Source: a virus (Duplodnaviria; Caudoviricetes). Taken from it: a stretch of DNA of 58,978 nucleotides. The DNA is taken from IMG/VR virus record IMGVR_UViG_3300012964_000011, positions 1 through 58,978 of that record. One strand, written 5' to 3'. A program made the position numbers and the translations under genes. The notes beneath the pieces are model-generated. The model was not told the origin of the DNA. It did not search any database and saw only the letters and a program-made list of their open reading frames with translations. Of this stretch, positions 37,649 through 47,415 are shown one piece after another (position 1 is the stretch's first letter; every line of letters starts with the position of its first letter).

Positions 37649-39111
37649 TACCAACCTCTCTGCGATGCCCAATCTCCAGCAGACAAACCAGATGTCAAAT
37701 CTGTGTACATGTCTTGTACATCAGGCATTATCATAATACTGCTAACATTGTAGAACGCCAAGAGAAGTGCATCCGCGCTGTCAGGTGACATTCCCATGCG
37801 CTGTATGATGTCCTTCTTACGTTCTACCTTTATCTTGCCTTTTGAGTCTAGTATCTCGTACCTGGGAGCGGATAATTCCCGCAATGTGTCATCATCACAC
37901 GCTGATAGGTCCCAGGTACCCTTACGGGTATTTTCCCGTCCGATATTCCACCATATTTCAGCACGTTTATTGAGAAATTTGTCCTCAAGTCCAGGGGTGG
38001 GAGATTCAGCGACATTCACAGGTATGACTTCAATACCATACTCTGACAATAGCTCCTTGAGTCTGCCTGCAATGCCCCAACCTATACCAATCGAGTCTAT
38101 CTTGACCCGCTGTACTCCCCACTCTTTGATGGTGATAGCTAGATCACCTACAGTTGCCATTGGATCTGGATTTCTAAATACCCGTTCCTGCCCTGCTACA
38201 GCCCCTCTACGCTGTCGGATGACGGTACGGTCTCCCCCACCTCCGACGTCTATTCCCGCCTCTACAAGGCCATCTGAAGGTAGCTCCAGGTACTGGCACT
38301 TTTGCAGCTGAGTGAGTGGCATGATCGTGAACGGATCGGACGACGTGGGGAATAGTCCTCCACACTTGGAGATGAAGAGCGCGTCTTCCTCGCCCCACTT
38401 CAAACGTCGATCATCTACCCACTCCCTGGATATGAGCAAACTTCTTAGTCTGCTAGATACTTTCTCATTTGTGAAGTTTGGAGTGTCTTTATACCCAATA
38501 TGAATTACATTCCAACCTGGATCCCGCAAACAAACGTTACCAAATTCTGTATTAGGATCATCAGGATTACCTATTACAAACATACGTGAATTGACGTTTG
38601 ATGCCAAAGTGCTGGTAGCAGTCCAGATGTCAGGAGATATACCGCATCCCTCGTCTAGGATGACGAGGATGTACAGAGCGTGAATACCCTGGCCTGCTGT
38701 AGTGTCGTCATCCCTGGGCTTACGACCGAACGCTACTAGTTGATTACCTATGTACCATTCTGTAAGGTTTGTTCGCCCAGGGAGACCAGCATCCGCATGT
38801 ATTTTGTTGATCTCTCGCCATAAAACCGCCTTGACCTGCGCCGCGGTAGGTGCGGAGGTATAGACAAATGCCTCTCCAACCGGATGTGTGTCCAACCACC
38901 ATCCTGTGGCATACGCGGCAGTTCGGCTCTTACCGGCACTATGGCAAGAATGTACCGCTGTCTTCCTGTTATCACGAATTGACTCTAAAATTTCCTTCTG
39001 CTTACTCCAAAGTTCTCCTTTTACCCGTTCCTCTACCCAAGCAACAGGGTCATAGCGCCAAGACAGAGACTGCGGAGCAATCGCATCCGCAGCCTTTGCC
39101 CAAACCCCCAT
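37648..39111 (-). CDS. terminase large subunit
   Basis: CHSAGKS Walker A, ILDEG Walker B, IGNP, GIDVG..GD, SPDSADAL. Confidence 0.92.
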   Translation of the reverse strand: MGVWAKAADAIAPQSLSWRYDPVAWVEERVKGELWSKQKEILESIRDNRKTAVHSCHSAGKSRTAAYATGWWLDTHPVGEAFVYTSAPTAAQVKAVLWREINKIHADAGLPGRTNLTEWYIGNQLVAFGRKPRDDDTTAGQGIHALYILVILDEGCGISPDIWTATSTLASNVNSRMFVIGNPDDPNTEFGNVCLRDPGWNVIHIGYKDTPNFTNEKVSSRLRSLLISREWVDDRRLKWGEEDALFISKCGGLFPTSSDPFTIMPLTQLQKCQYLELPSDGLVEAGIDVGGGGDRTVIRQRRGAVAGQERVFRNPDPMATVGDLAITIKEWGVQRVKIDSIGIGWGIAGRLKELLSEYGIEVIPVNVAESPTPGLEDKFLNKRAEIWWNIGRENTRKGTWDLSACDDDTLRELSAPRYEILDSKGKIKVERKKDIIQRMGMSPDSADALLLAFYNVSSIMIMPDVQDMYTDLTSGLSAGDWASQRGW

Positions 39112-39123
39112 ATGAGAAGTCTA

Positions 39124-39318
39124 TTATTTTCTACGCCAACGATCAACTAACGTGTGAATATCAGACAGTGACGTGATTACAAACGTTGTTGGCAACATCG
39201 CAAAGAATAGTAAATTAAAATCTGTGTACTCAGACATCAACATAATTGCGGAGCACGATAGTCCAAACATGTAAATGATAACAATTTGAGTGTATGCAAC
39301 TAACTTACGGATATTCAT
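39124..39318 (-). CDS. small membrane protein
   Basis: Two hydrophobic segments. Confidence 0.5.
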   Translation of the reverse strand: MNIRKLVAYTQIVIIYMFGLSCSAIMLMSEYTDFNLLFFAMLPTTFVITSLSDIHTLVDRWRRK

Positions 39319-39319
39319 C

Positions 39320-39496
39320 TCATTCAAGACCTTTCCACAAGAATGCAGCAATCAACCCACTTATCACCACAGATGATATTAGTGCCTTGAATGCATCGAA
39401 TCCAGCACATGTACAGAGTGCAAAAGCCACAAACAGTGCCAATAGACTTAGAATGGTGACTACTGCACGTTTTAGATCATCCGTTACCCTCTTCAT
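39320..39496 (-). CDS. small membrane protein
   Basis: Two TM segments; ATGA overlap. Confidence 0.55.
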   Translation of the reverse strand: MKRVTDDLKRAVVTILSLLALFVAFALCTCAGFDAFKALISSVVISGLIAAFLWKGLE

Positions 39497-39681
39497 TGCC
39501 ACTTACCACCTTTACTACCATAATTCTTGAATGCGAAGAAAATTCTAAAAACTACTGATACTCCGAATGCAATAGCTGCACTCTCCGTATGTTCCATACC
39601 ATTGTTCGTGAACATTACATACAGACCAATGAAGATTGCTAATGATCCTATCCAGAGGAGGAGATTGATGATTGATTCCAT
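39493..39681 (-). CDS. small membrane protein
   Basis: GAGG RBS; two TM segments. Confidence 0.55.
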   Translation of the reverse strand: MESIINLLLWIGSLAIFIGLYVMFTNNGMEHTESAAIAFGVSVVFRIFFAFKNYGSKGGKWQ

Positions 39682-39683
39682 GA

Positions 39684-39944
39684 TCAGTACCTCTTGACAA
39701 TAGACATTGGTATGCACCTAACACCTTGACTGTGAAGTTGAAGTATTACCTCTGTGTATTTCACAATCTCAGTCCCTTCTTGCTGTGTCCAAAATTCCTC
39801 AGCTCCCTTCCTATACTCTTCAGGAATAGTTAGCAGATATGTTGCAAACAAAACCTGATCAGGGGTTCCGGTGCGCTTGACTTCTAGTAGATGATCCATC
39901 ATCAGCCGTTCAGGCACACTATCTGATCTTTCTATTCTCCGCAT
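39684..39944 (-). CDS. hypothetical protein
   Basis: AGGAGGAG RBS. Confidence 0.55.
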   Translation of the reverse strand: MRRIERSDSVPERLMMDHLLEVKRTGTPDQVLFATYLLTIPEEYRKGAEEFWTQQEGTEIVKYTEVILQLHSQGVRCIPMSIVKRY

Positions 39945-40012
39945 CTCTTGCTCTCCTCCTCGTCTAAGTCCCACTCTATGTCATCAATTGACATACTTTG
40001 ATCCTTTCTGAC

Positions 40013-40086
40013 TTGAACTACTTTCTTCAACGTGCTACAATAGCAGATGTCGAACCAATTGACAATCTAGACATTGACAATCTAGA
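40013..40086 (+). promoter_or_regulatory. promoter plus tandem 14-bp direct repeat
   Basis: TTGAAC-N17-TACAAT; ATTGACAATCTAGA at 40058 and 40073. Confidence 0.65.
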
Positions 40087-40103
40087 TGAGGAGACGAAAT
40101 CAG

Positions 40104-40277
40104 ATGGGTAAGCACTCTGAAGAGGCAGGGTACCCGGTCGGAACACGCGGATCTGATTCCCGCATGTCACCCAAGGGGTGGGAGTCGGATAGATCTGCAA
40201 AACCAGCAGAGACGCCGTCTGAGCGTGCCGCAGAAGCACGTCACGAAGGATGGTCAATAACTGGCAGGAACAAGTAG
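40104..40277 (+). CDS. small hydrophilic protein oriented against the late genes
   Basis: GAGGAG RBS, own promoter and terminator, MGKHS start. Confidence 0.6.
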   Translation: MGKHSEEAGYPVGTRGSDSRMSPKGWESDRSAKPAETPSERAAEARHEGWSITGRNK

Positions 40278-40285
40278 GACATAAT

Positions 40286-40322
40286 AACTACACCGGTACA
40301 CTTCACATGTACCGGTGTAGTT
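40286..40322. terminator. bidirectional hairpin between convergent genes
   Basis: AACTACACCGGTACA / TGTACCGGTGTAGTT. Confidence 0.75.
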
Positions 40323-40328
40323 CTGTCT

Positions 40329-40661
40329 TCATCGGTTAGGCCATGCCCACTGACCACGTTGATTACCGTATCTCACTGCATATTCTCGATACGATTTTCC
40401 TAGTCCGAACACCAGGAGATCTACAGTATCGTCATCAGGCAGTTCAGTAAGTACTTCTGCCGGGCGTGATGTCGTCTCATGAACAATCGACGGATCAGAT
40501 GCACTGTACACTGCCCTTGGTTCAGGTCCCCACCGATCAATCACCTCGGCAACGGTAGTATCCCTCGTTCGAATCACAATTGCTGGCGAAATAACATCAT
40601 TACCAGGACCATTATCTATTTTTGACTTATATTGAACTATATCACAAATTCTCGGCTTCAA
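40329..40661 (-). CDS. hypothetical protein, family shared with 48872-49853
   Basis: DIVQY...PAIV...VDLLVF...GQWAWP. Confidence 0.65.
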   Translation of the reverse strand: MKPRICDIVQYKSKIDNGPGNDVISPAIVIRTRDTTVAEVIDRWGPEPRAVYSASDPSIVHETTSRPAEVLTELPDDDTVDLLVFGLGKSYREYAVRYGNQRGQWAWPNR

Positions 40662-40843
40662 AGTTATCTCCTATCAGTTTAAAAGATCAATCGCATGATG
40701 GTCTGAGACTGCTATCTTTTGTTCGGGAAGTACACAACTTGGGTAACACCGTGCATAACAGTCTCTACCAACACAGTGCAATGTCATATATTTACCAATA
40801 TGATCCTTCAATCCACAAAACACACATGTTACATAGAATTTTA

Positions 40844-41173
40844 TCATTCTGTTACATTTTCTCTTACATCATAGTCTAAGTACTCTTCAGTACTGCTCAT
40901 GATACATAATCTCGCATCTCGTAAGAACTTTTCCTGCCTCTTTACACCATCAAGTATGTGCTTTGCAAGTCTTTCAGCATGCAAAGGACAACAAGTAAAG
41001 AATGGGGACCATTCCTCACTTGTGGTATATTTAGTTAGAAACACTACTGAAGCTCGCGAATTAACATCAAGTGGAAACTCTACCCGCATTTCCACTACAG
41101 GCAAACTTGAATACTCATCTAGAAACAAATATCTAGAGATCTTCTTGAATCGTCTAAAGAAACCAATGATCAT
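40844..41173 (-). CDS. hypothetical protein, tandem paralog
   Basis: IGFF..RYLFL..FFTC.P..EEYLDYD shared with 41170-41463. Confidence 0.65.
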   Translation of the reverse strand: MIIGFFRRFKKISRYLFLDEYSSLPVVEMRVEFPLDVNSRASVVFLTKYTTSEEWSPFFTCCPLHAERLAKHILDGVKRQEKFLRDARLCIMSSTEEYLDYDVRENVTE

Positions 41174-41463
41174 GACACATAATCTCGCATATCATAATCT
41201 AGGTACTCTTCAATACCTAGCTGTTTTCGTTGTTTGTCCAGACCCGCAATCAAGTCATCTGAAAGTTCCTTAGCTTGTCCGGGAGTACAAGTAAAGAATA
41301 CTTTCCATTTACCATCTGTAAGATATCTAGATTTAAATTCTACCTTTGGCCTATCACCGATAATTGAGAAATCTACATCCATTTCTATTATTGGTACACC
41401 AGATGGTTCATTAAGGAACAAGTATCGAGAAACCTTACGCAATCGTTCAAAGAAACCAATCAT
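41170..41463 (-). CDS. hypothetical protein, tandem paralog
   Basis: Same motifs; ATGA overlaps. Confidence 0.65.
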   Translation of the reverse strand: MIGFFERLRKVSRYLFLNEPSGVPIIEMDVDFSIIGDRPKVEFKSRYLTDGKWKVFFTCTPGQAKELSDDLIAGLDKQRKQLGIEEYLDYDMRDYVS

Positions 41464-42155
41464 GTCAGTACACCCTCCAGTTCAAGCATCTTGGTACGCA
41501 TGATACCCCTTGCCAGAGCTTCCTGTTCCGGGTCCAAGTCCAGGGATGCGAGAGCAGCGTTAAGGATCATGGCGATGTTCATTGCTTGTTGTTCCATGAT
41601 CTGCACAGCACGTTCCTCTATGCCACATGCAATGGCTATCTTAGCCGTCCGTACAAGCTCCTTACGTGCCTCTCGCCACTGTTGCAGCCAACTGGCATAC
41701 CCCTCTGGGTCCAGGAGAGAAGCGTCGTCAGGTGCCTCTGACACCTTCTTCTGAAGCCATGCAACCTCCCCGGCAGCTTGCTTTACCTCTCGCAGCAACG
41801 CATCCCAAGGGGAGATATCCTCTTCCATGGCTATCATATGTGCCATAATCCACGCTCCATATACATCTACATACATATCACTAGCAGGTCTATGCCTCGA
41901 ACATCTACCTACAGGGTATTTGGTACCGTCACCAGCTGGTTTCTCGCAGTAAGATATAGTACTATGCGTATCTTTACTACGATTTACTATCTTCTTACCA
42001 CACAAACCACCTAATATTGGTTTACCATTTTCTTCAGAACGTCTTATATGAACTAATGCATCTATTCTTGCACACATTGCCAGTGCATCATCACACTTCT
42101 TCGCATATGTGTGATCATGCCGGAGCACCCCTCGTCTGATTCCCTTCTTTGCCAT
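41460..42155 (-). CDS. putative terminase small subunit
   Basis: LCG...C...G.GT..PVGRCS.H, then helical region with GIEER; first late gene; TATGAT-N6-ATG leaderless start. Confidence 0.55.
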   Translation of the reverse strand: MAKKGIRRGVLRHDHTYAKKCDDALAMCARIDALVHIRRSEENGKPILGGLCGKKIVNRSKDTHSTISYCEKPAGDGTKYPVGRCSRHRPASDMYVDVYGAWIMAHMIAMEEDISPWDALLREVKQAAGEVAWLQKKVSEAPDDASLLDPEGYASWLQQWREARKELVRTAKIAIACGIEERAVQIMEQQAMNIAMILNAALASLDLDPEQEALARGIMRTKMLELEGVLT

Positions 42156-42211
42156 TGTGCTATCATAATCCTCTGTACTCGGAATCCCCCTACGCACAGG
42201 AGATCCAATCT

Positions 42212-42508
42212 ATGGATAGGCAAGTTATTCTGATCATTATCGGGCTGTTCACTACAGTATTTCAGCTCTCTGCGGTGTCTCTTCTCATCGCACAGTGTGT
42301 GATGATGACCAGAACTCGGAGAGAGTCCAGGGGGAACAGTCATCCGATAGAAGAGTGCATCTCTCACGGTGAACACACCATAGAGGAGTGCATCAATGAA
42401 GTGATGAAGATGATCCAGGAGGACAAGGAGCGTGAGGTGCTGAGATCCAGCACCATGCGACTCTCTGACCAGTTCATACCACTAACAGAGAGGTCTACTG
42501 TTGACTGA
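42212..42508 (+). CDS. hypothetical membrane-anchored protein
   Basis: AGGAG RBS; N-terminal TM segment. Confidence 0.55.
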   Translation: MDRQVILIIIGLFTTVFQLSAVSLLIAQCVMMTRTRRESRGNSHPIEECISHGEHTIEECINEVMKMIQEDKEREVLRSSTMRLSDQFIPLTERSTVD

Positions 42509-42704
42509 GTCCAGGAGGGGTAGGCGTCCTATCTGTGACGGCAAGGTGTCATTCAATAGTGCAATTCGACTTAAAGAGGAATGTCTACTGTACGTACTGA
42601 ATTATCGTAATGAAACTGGAAAGCCACTCTCATACGTCCTTGGTAGCCTGATTGAACTTGGATACAATGAAATATGTAAAACTATGGAGATTGATAACCT
42701 TTGA
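42501..42704 (+). CDS. small DNA-binding protein (ribbon-helix-helix-like)
   Basis: RRGRRP then a strand-helix-helix pattern. Confidence 0.45.
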   Translation: MTESRRGRRPICDGKVSFNSAIRLKEECLLYVLNYRNETGKPLSYVLGSLIELGYNEICKTMEIDNL

Positions 42705-42946
42705 ACCCTACCTGGTCTTTCGTACTGATGGCAACTGGTATCATAGGTATGTGGATAGCCCCTAGGAATCCTCGCACTGGTTGGATGATCAACATACTCA
42801 ACCAGCTGGTATGGATCGTGTACGCCGTAGCCACATACCAATGGGGGTTCTTGGTATCCGCATTTTTGTACGGAGCAACCTACATCCGATTCTATCTAAG
42901 GTCGTATGATGTCACGAAAAACGCGGAAGGAGCTGTCACAAACTAG
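42701..42946 (+). CDS. small three-TM protein (PnuC/SemiSWEET-like)
   Basis: WSFVL..., GW...NQLVWIVYAV.T.QWGF. Confidence 0.55.
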   Translation: MNPTWSFVLMATGIIGMWIAPRNPRTGWMINILNQLVWIVYAVATYQWGFLVSAFLYGATYIRFYLRSYDVTKNAEGAVTN

Positions 42947-43169
42947 TAGAGCACAAAGGTGTAAAAAGTATGGTTCTGAGAGATCATGGCGTATCAACAA
43001 CCTTGAATTCTGTCCTAGATCAGGCAAACGCATATATCTGTCTGACATGGAGGCAGATCGAATATCGTCCAACGCGAAGGATGCTCCACCGTTGAGTTAC
43101 TACACATGCTGGTATTGCGGCATGTGGCATCTGACCACACAGAGATACAAGAGTAAGGGCAATGGCTGA
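42906..43169 (+). CDS. hypothetical Zn-binding protein
   Basis: C..SGK..Y and YTCWYCGMWHLT. Confidence 0.6.
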   Translation: MMSRKTRKELSQTSRAQRCKKYGSERSWRINNLEFCPRSGKRIYLSDMEADRISSNAKDAPPLSYYTCWYCGMWHLTTQRYKSKGNG

Positions 43170-43449
43170 ACTGAGAGACGCCGTGGAACTACTGACGACC
43201 GGGCGTGCACCTAAGAAGAAGAGAATAAGTTACGCATTGTATCTACAATTTTCAGTGCTACTGTACCTGAATTTAGCACATGCATACTTCTTCATGCTGG
43301 CAATAGGGGTCATCCACCACGAATGGATACCAGCACTTCCTACCATTGGATATGGTTGGTCGCTGATGGTGACTATCTTGATGCGACTAACGTTCAAGGA
43401 TACCAGATTTCCTGGTATCTGGAGAAATGTCGATTGGAAACGAATGTGA
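43162..43449 (+). CDS. membrane protein
   Basis: Hydrophobic segments; PTIGYG. Confidence 0.6.
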   Translation: MAELRDAVELLTTGRAPKKKRISYALYLQFSVLLYLNLAHAYFFMLAIGVIHHEWIPALPTIGYGWSLMVTILMRLTFKDTRFPGIWRNVDWKRM

Positions 43450-43480
43450 TCCGGTACACCCGAGGTCCAGGGGAATAGTG

Positions 43481-43933
43481 ATGACTGATACGAACTATGC
43501 ACACTATGTGCGGCAAAGAGTGAAGCCAGGTGGATATGTCATATCTGAAGTTGATAGACTTGGAAATCCTCAAGATCTCATAGACACATTCATATATGGC
43601 ATACTTGAAGACGCCAAAGAAAATTTAGCTCTTTATACGACATCTGAAAATGGGAACGCTCCCACTACAGACCATGCCATATTTGCACTAGTACCTATAA
43701 CAGAATTGACCAATGAGCCTATTGAATCACCCGTGAAAAGTGAAGCTGAGCTGCACAGTAGTTTCGCGTGTCCAGGATGGGAATACGGCATGACTATCGG
43801 TTGGCGTGGTGGGGACGCAGAAAATCCGCCTAAAGGTGATGGGTGGATACGTAACGTAGAAGCTGGTTGGGAAGGTTGGGAGCGTTTCCAAAACTACGAA
43901 AAGTCTTACTGGCGCCGTCCCTTACAAGGGTAA
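43481..43933 (+). CDS. hypothetical protein
   Basis: GGGGA RBS; Trp-rich C-terminal half. Confidence 0.55.
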   Translation: MTDTNYAHYVRQRVKPGGYVISEVDRLGNPQDLIDTFIYGILEDAKENLALYTTSENGNAPTTDHAIFALVPITELTNEPIESPVKSEAELHSSFACPGWEYGMTIGWRGGDAENPPKGDGWIRNVEAGWEGWERFQNYEKSYWRRPLQG

Positions 43934-43970
43934 AGCGTAGATGTATTACATGTACATGATACATGAATGA

Positions 43971-44004
43971 TAAGGGCGGAAGATGAATTCATCTTCCGCC
44001 CTTA
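43971..44004. repeat. perfect 34-bp palindrome, probable terminator
   Basis: TAAGGGCGGAAGATGAA|TTCATCTTCCGCCCTTA followed by CTTTCT. Confidence 0.8.
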
Positions 44005-44089
44005 CTTTCTGCTAACATGATGAACGCCCATCAGGTCTGGCGGCCTGTCGATGGGCATTCACTCCAACAAAAGATGGGTACAGTATAGC

Positions 44090-46528
44090 ATGGTCACTCC
44101 CTCAGTGCTAAGAGCGTCTCTGTCCCTTTTCATAGATGCCGGACAGTCAGTCATTCCACTATATGGACGTAATTATCATGGTTGTGCCTGTTATGATAGA
44201 ATAAAGCATAAGCACTACAAAGCACCTAGAATTCATAGATGGCGTGAAACTCCGCCTCTTAGTGACGAACTACTCAATGAGTGGCACACATGTGTTAATC
44301 CAAGTGGTAAGAAGTGGATTGACCTTGGACTCAACTACGGTTGGGTAATCCCTCAAGATGTCATAGTCGTGGACATAGAGGGGAGACAGATCAGAGACTT
44401 CGCATCATCTGGACTCATCCCTGATCTGTCCACATGTTCCTACCTGGTCAACACTGCCGGAGGTGGGCTGCACATCGCCTACCGTCTTCCAGCTGGATTG
44501 CAGTCACGTCCTGTCGGGCATGCAACAGTCCAGGAAGCGGACAGTGGTTACCACTTCGAACTACGAGGGTACGGCAACTACGTCGTAGTACCCCCTTCCG
44601 ACGGCCACCGTAGACGCTGGGACTGGCTGAATCGTCCTGGGGTAGTCCAGGGTAGGTTGGAGCTTCCCGCGGCTCCTACGTTTCTACGTGACCTCCTGAA
44701 GCACCCTGTGAGTTCCGGATCGTCCAGGGGTGGCAGTGTCCGGGTATCTGTCTCAGATTTCGACATACAGGAATGCTCCGAGATTCCGGATGGATCACAG
44801 GAAGACCACCTGTACCGGGTGGCATGTTCGCTGCGAGCACGTGACGCGGACGATGACTCTGCACTCGGCATCCTGTACGGAGTAGTTGACGCATTCGTTG
44901 CTTATCGTCCTGATGATCCGTGGACACACGAGCATGCAGAGGCGAAGTGGTCTCACGTCAAAGATCATTACAACGCTGGACCATCAGAGCCTGTAATGGT
45001 GCCTATGCATGGTGTAGGTACAGGTTCGACTGCTGTAAAGGCTATGCGGGCCGTAGCATCTGTAAGTCCAGGAGAAGACGGGGTCATAGATAATATGAGT
45101 ACTTCTCACGTTGAGGCTGAATTCGCCAGTCTTACGCAGAGTATCGAGGATATTGTCCCTACAGTTCTTCCCTCCCCCTCTAATCCAATGGGAGTGGCTA
45201 GGCAACTGGTAGAGGCTTTCCGCGTAGCACAGGGACTGTCTGTCACCTGGTATCAGGGGGACTTCTACCGTTGGAAAGGTACACACTGGGAGCAATGGGA
45301 CAATGATGAAGTCAAAGGATGGTTGTACCGTGCCACGGAGCATGCAACCTATGCGGCACGTGGTAAGGATGGCGCTGTCAAACAGGTTCCGTGGGATCCA
45401 ACCAGACCTAAGATCGCAAATCTCATGTCTGCCCTTGCCAAGGGCGTACTACAGCGGACAGACGAGCCTGTAGACGGCCAGGGAACCATAGCATTCACGA
45501 ATACCACACTTAACCTACATAATCGTGAACTAATACCACATACACCAGAACACTTCAATATGTTTAGTTTGCCATATGCATATGATAAGAACGCCAAGTG
45601 TCCAAGATGGATAAAGTTTCTGGAAGAAACCTTTGGTAAGGATAGTGAACAAATAAAACTTATAGCACAAATGTTTGGATATATCCTCAGTGGACGAACA
45701 GACAAACAAGTACTTTTCTACATACTAGGTGAGGGTGGAACAGGAAAAGGGACTATTGCGCGTGTATTACGAGCAATGGTAGGAAAGCGTGATTCTGTAT
45801 CTTTAGAATTTGATGAGCTTACAGACAGATTTGGTACCGAAAGTCTGATCAACACATCCCTAGCGGTTGTAGGTGAGCCCGACTGGTCTTCAAGACAGAT
45901 CAACAAGGTGATAGATCGAGTATTCAGCATCACCGGTGAAGACGCTCCAGCTGCCAGACGTAAGAACCTCAAAGCATGGAAGGGTGAACTGAAGACCAGA
46001 TTCGTCTTCACAGGTACACAAGACATCTCTTTCGGATCCGCAACAACAGCAGAAGGAACCCGCAGGTTGGTGCTGCTCACCTGTAAGCGTAAAAGCTTGT
46101 CCAGGGGAGAGCGGAACACCAGTCTGACTGCTCAACTGTGTGGGGAGCTGCCAGGGATTCTCAACTGGGCACTCACCGGACTAGATGATCTTGATACTGC
46201 CGGAGACTTCCTGGTTCCGGCAGAGACTATGGGCGACATAGATGATGTCAAGTTGAACAGCAACCCAGTGGAGATATGGGCAGACGATCAATTGGCTGTT
46301 GATTCGGAATCCAAGATAGATTTTGACGAAATGTTCACTGCTTTCTCACTGTGGTGCATAGATCATCATGTGTACCAAAATCCTACACATGACCTACTAT
46401 GGTTCAGAAAGCGGCTTACGGCAATGCATCGTGGTGACATCACGTCCAAACCTGTACGTCCACCAACCGTAGACGGAGTCCGACAGAAACTTGTCAAATG
46501 CAAATTTGGATTGCGGTTGGTTACCTAG
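44090..46528 (+). CDS. bifunctional primase-polymerase fused to a D5-like SF3 helicase
   Basis: VVDIEG, TAGGGLH, ELRG.GNYVVVPPS; CPRWIKFL, GEGGTGKGT Walker A. Confidence 0.9.
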   Translation: MVTPSVLRASLSLFIDAGQSVIPLYGRNYHGCACYDRIKHKHYKAPRIHRWRETPPLSDELLNEWHTCVNPSGKKWIDLGLNYGWVIPQDVIVVDIEGRQIRDFASSGLIPDLSTCSYLVNTAGGGLHIAYRLPAGLQSRPVGHATVQEADSGYHFELRGYGNYVVVPPSDGHRRRWDWLNRPGVVQGRLELPAAPTFLRDLLKHPVSSGSSRGGSVRVSVSDFDIQECSEIPDGSQEDHLYRVACSLRARDADDDSALGILYGVVDAFVAYRPDDPWTHEHAEAKWSHVKDHYNAGPSEPVMVPMHGVGTGSTAVKAMRAVASVSPGEDGVIDNMSTSHVEAEFASLTQSIEDIVPTVLPSPSNPMGVARQLVEAFRVAQGLSVTWYQGDFYRWKGTHWEQWDNDEVKGWLYRATEHATYAARGKDGAVKQVPWDPTRPKIANLMSALAKGVLQRTDEPVDGQGTIAFTNTTLNLHNRELIPHTPEHFNMFSLPYAYDKNAKCPRWIKFLEETFGKDSEQIKLIAQMFGYILSGRTDKQVLFYILGEGGTGKGTIARVLRAMVGKRDSVSLEFDELTDRFGTESLINTSLAVVGEPDWSSRQINKVIDRVFSITGEDAPAARRKNLKAWKGELKTRFVFTGTQDISFGSATTAEGTRRLVLLTCKRKSLSRGERNTSLTAQLCGELPGILNWALTGLDDLDTAGDFLVPAETMGDIDDVKLNSNPVEIWADDQLAVDSESKIDFDEMFTAFSLWCIDHHVYQNPTHDLLWFRKRLTAMHRGDITSKPVRPPTVDGVRQKLVKCKFGLRLVT

Positions 46529-47037
46529 ATTCCCGGTCGGTTACCTAGTTCTGCTGTTCAAACATTCTTAGCATATCAGACAAATAGTGGCATACAGCCC
46601 AGGAGAGAGTTACGCGGAGTGGTAACCAATCTTCTGACTGTATGCCACTATTTGCTTACTACCTGTAATTTTTTCAAGATCATGGTTACCATTTTTCCCG
46701 TGGTTACCAAACCGAAAAAAAGTGGTAACCAGAGTTTCCCCTGGTCAGAGCGTTTGGTTACCTGGTTACCGTGGTTACCGCATTTTCTTGTGTACGTCCC
46801 TCTATAAGAACGTTACGGCTCCATATAATTTACTGCTAATAGCATATGTTAATTAGATACCCCCTATTTCAATACGCTATTAACAGCAAACATACTCTCC
46901 AAAACTCTATATATATATTTCTTAGGTAACCATAGTAACCAGGTAACCAGAGAGGGATCTTAGTACTTTTAGCAGGCAATATAGAAGATCATCGTGGTTA
47001 CCAACTTGGTTACCTTGGTTACCTTTTTGTGGTTACC
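46519..47037. repeat. putative replication origin: GGTWACC iteron clusters around an AT-rich core
   Basis: About 15 GGTTACC/GGTAACC copies right after the primase-helicase, flanking an AT-rich stretch with (TA)n. Confidence 0.8.
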
Positions 47038-47415
47038 CCAGAAAATGTGCCACTTGACCAGGTGCTATTACAGATTGTAGTGGATCAAATACATTGATAA
47101 TTTACGATAGGTGTTGACCTGTGTTTATAGATCAGTGTAGATGATTGATGATCTTTAATAAAGAACTTATCCACACAAAGTAGACAGAAATCTTACCTAG
47201 TGCTACTCAATAACTACCTATCGTAGTCAAATCTGCCTCACCCCCTGGATACTCCGGTAACCACACTGACTGTCAAACACCCCCTGGGCGTACCGAGGAT
47301 GGCGGTTGATTGAGTCCATGGGTAGCTGACAGATGGTCGCTACAGTTGTGTGTATGTCAAGTCATGTGACATACTATCTCTGTACGTATCTGAAGGACCC
47401 GAGGAAGGAAACATC

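Noticed and set aside
46519-47037. CRISPR array
   Set aside because: Repeats are 7 bp with irregular spacing, which fits iterons
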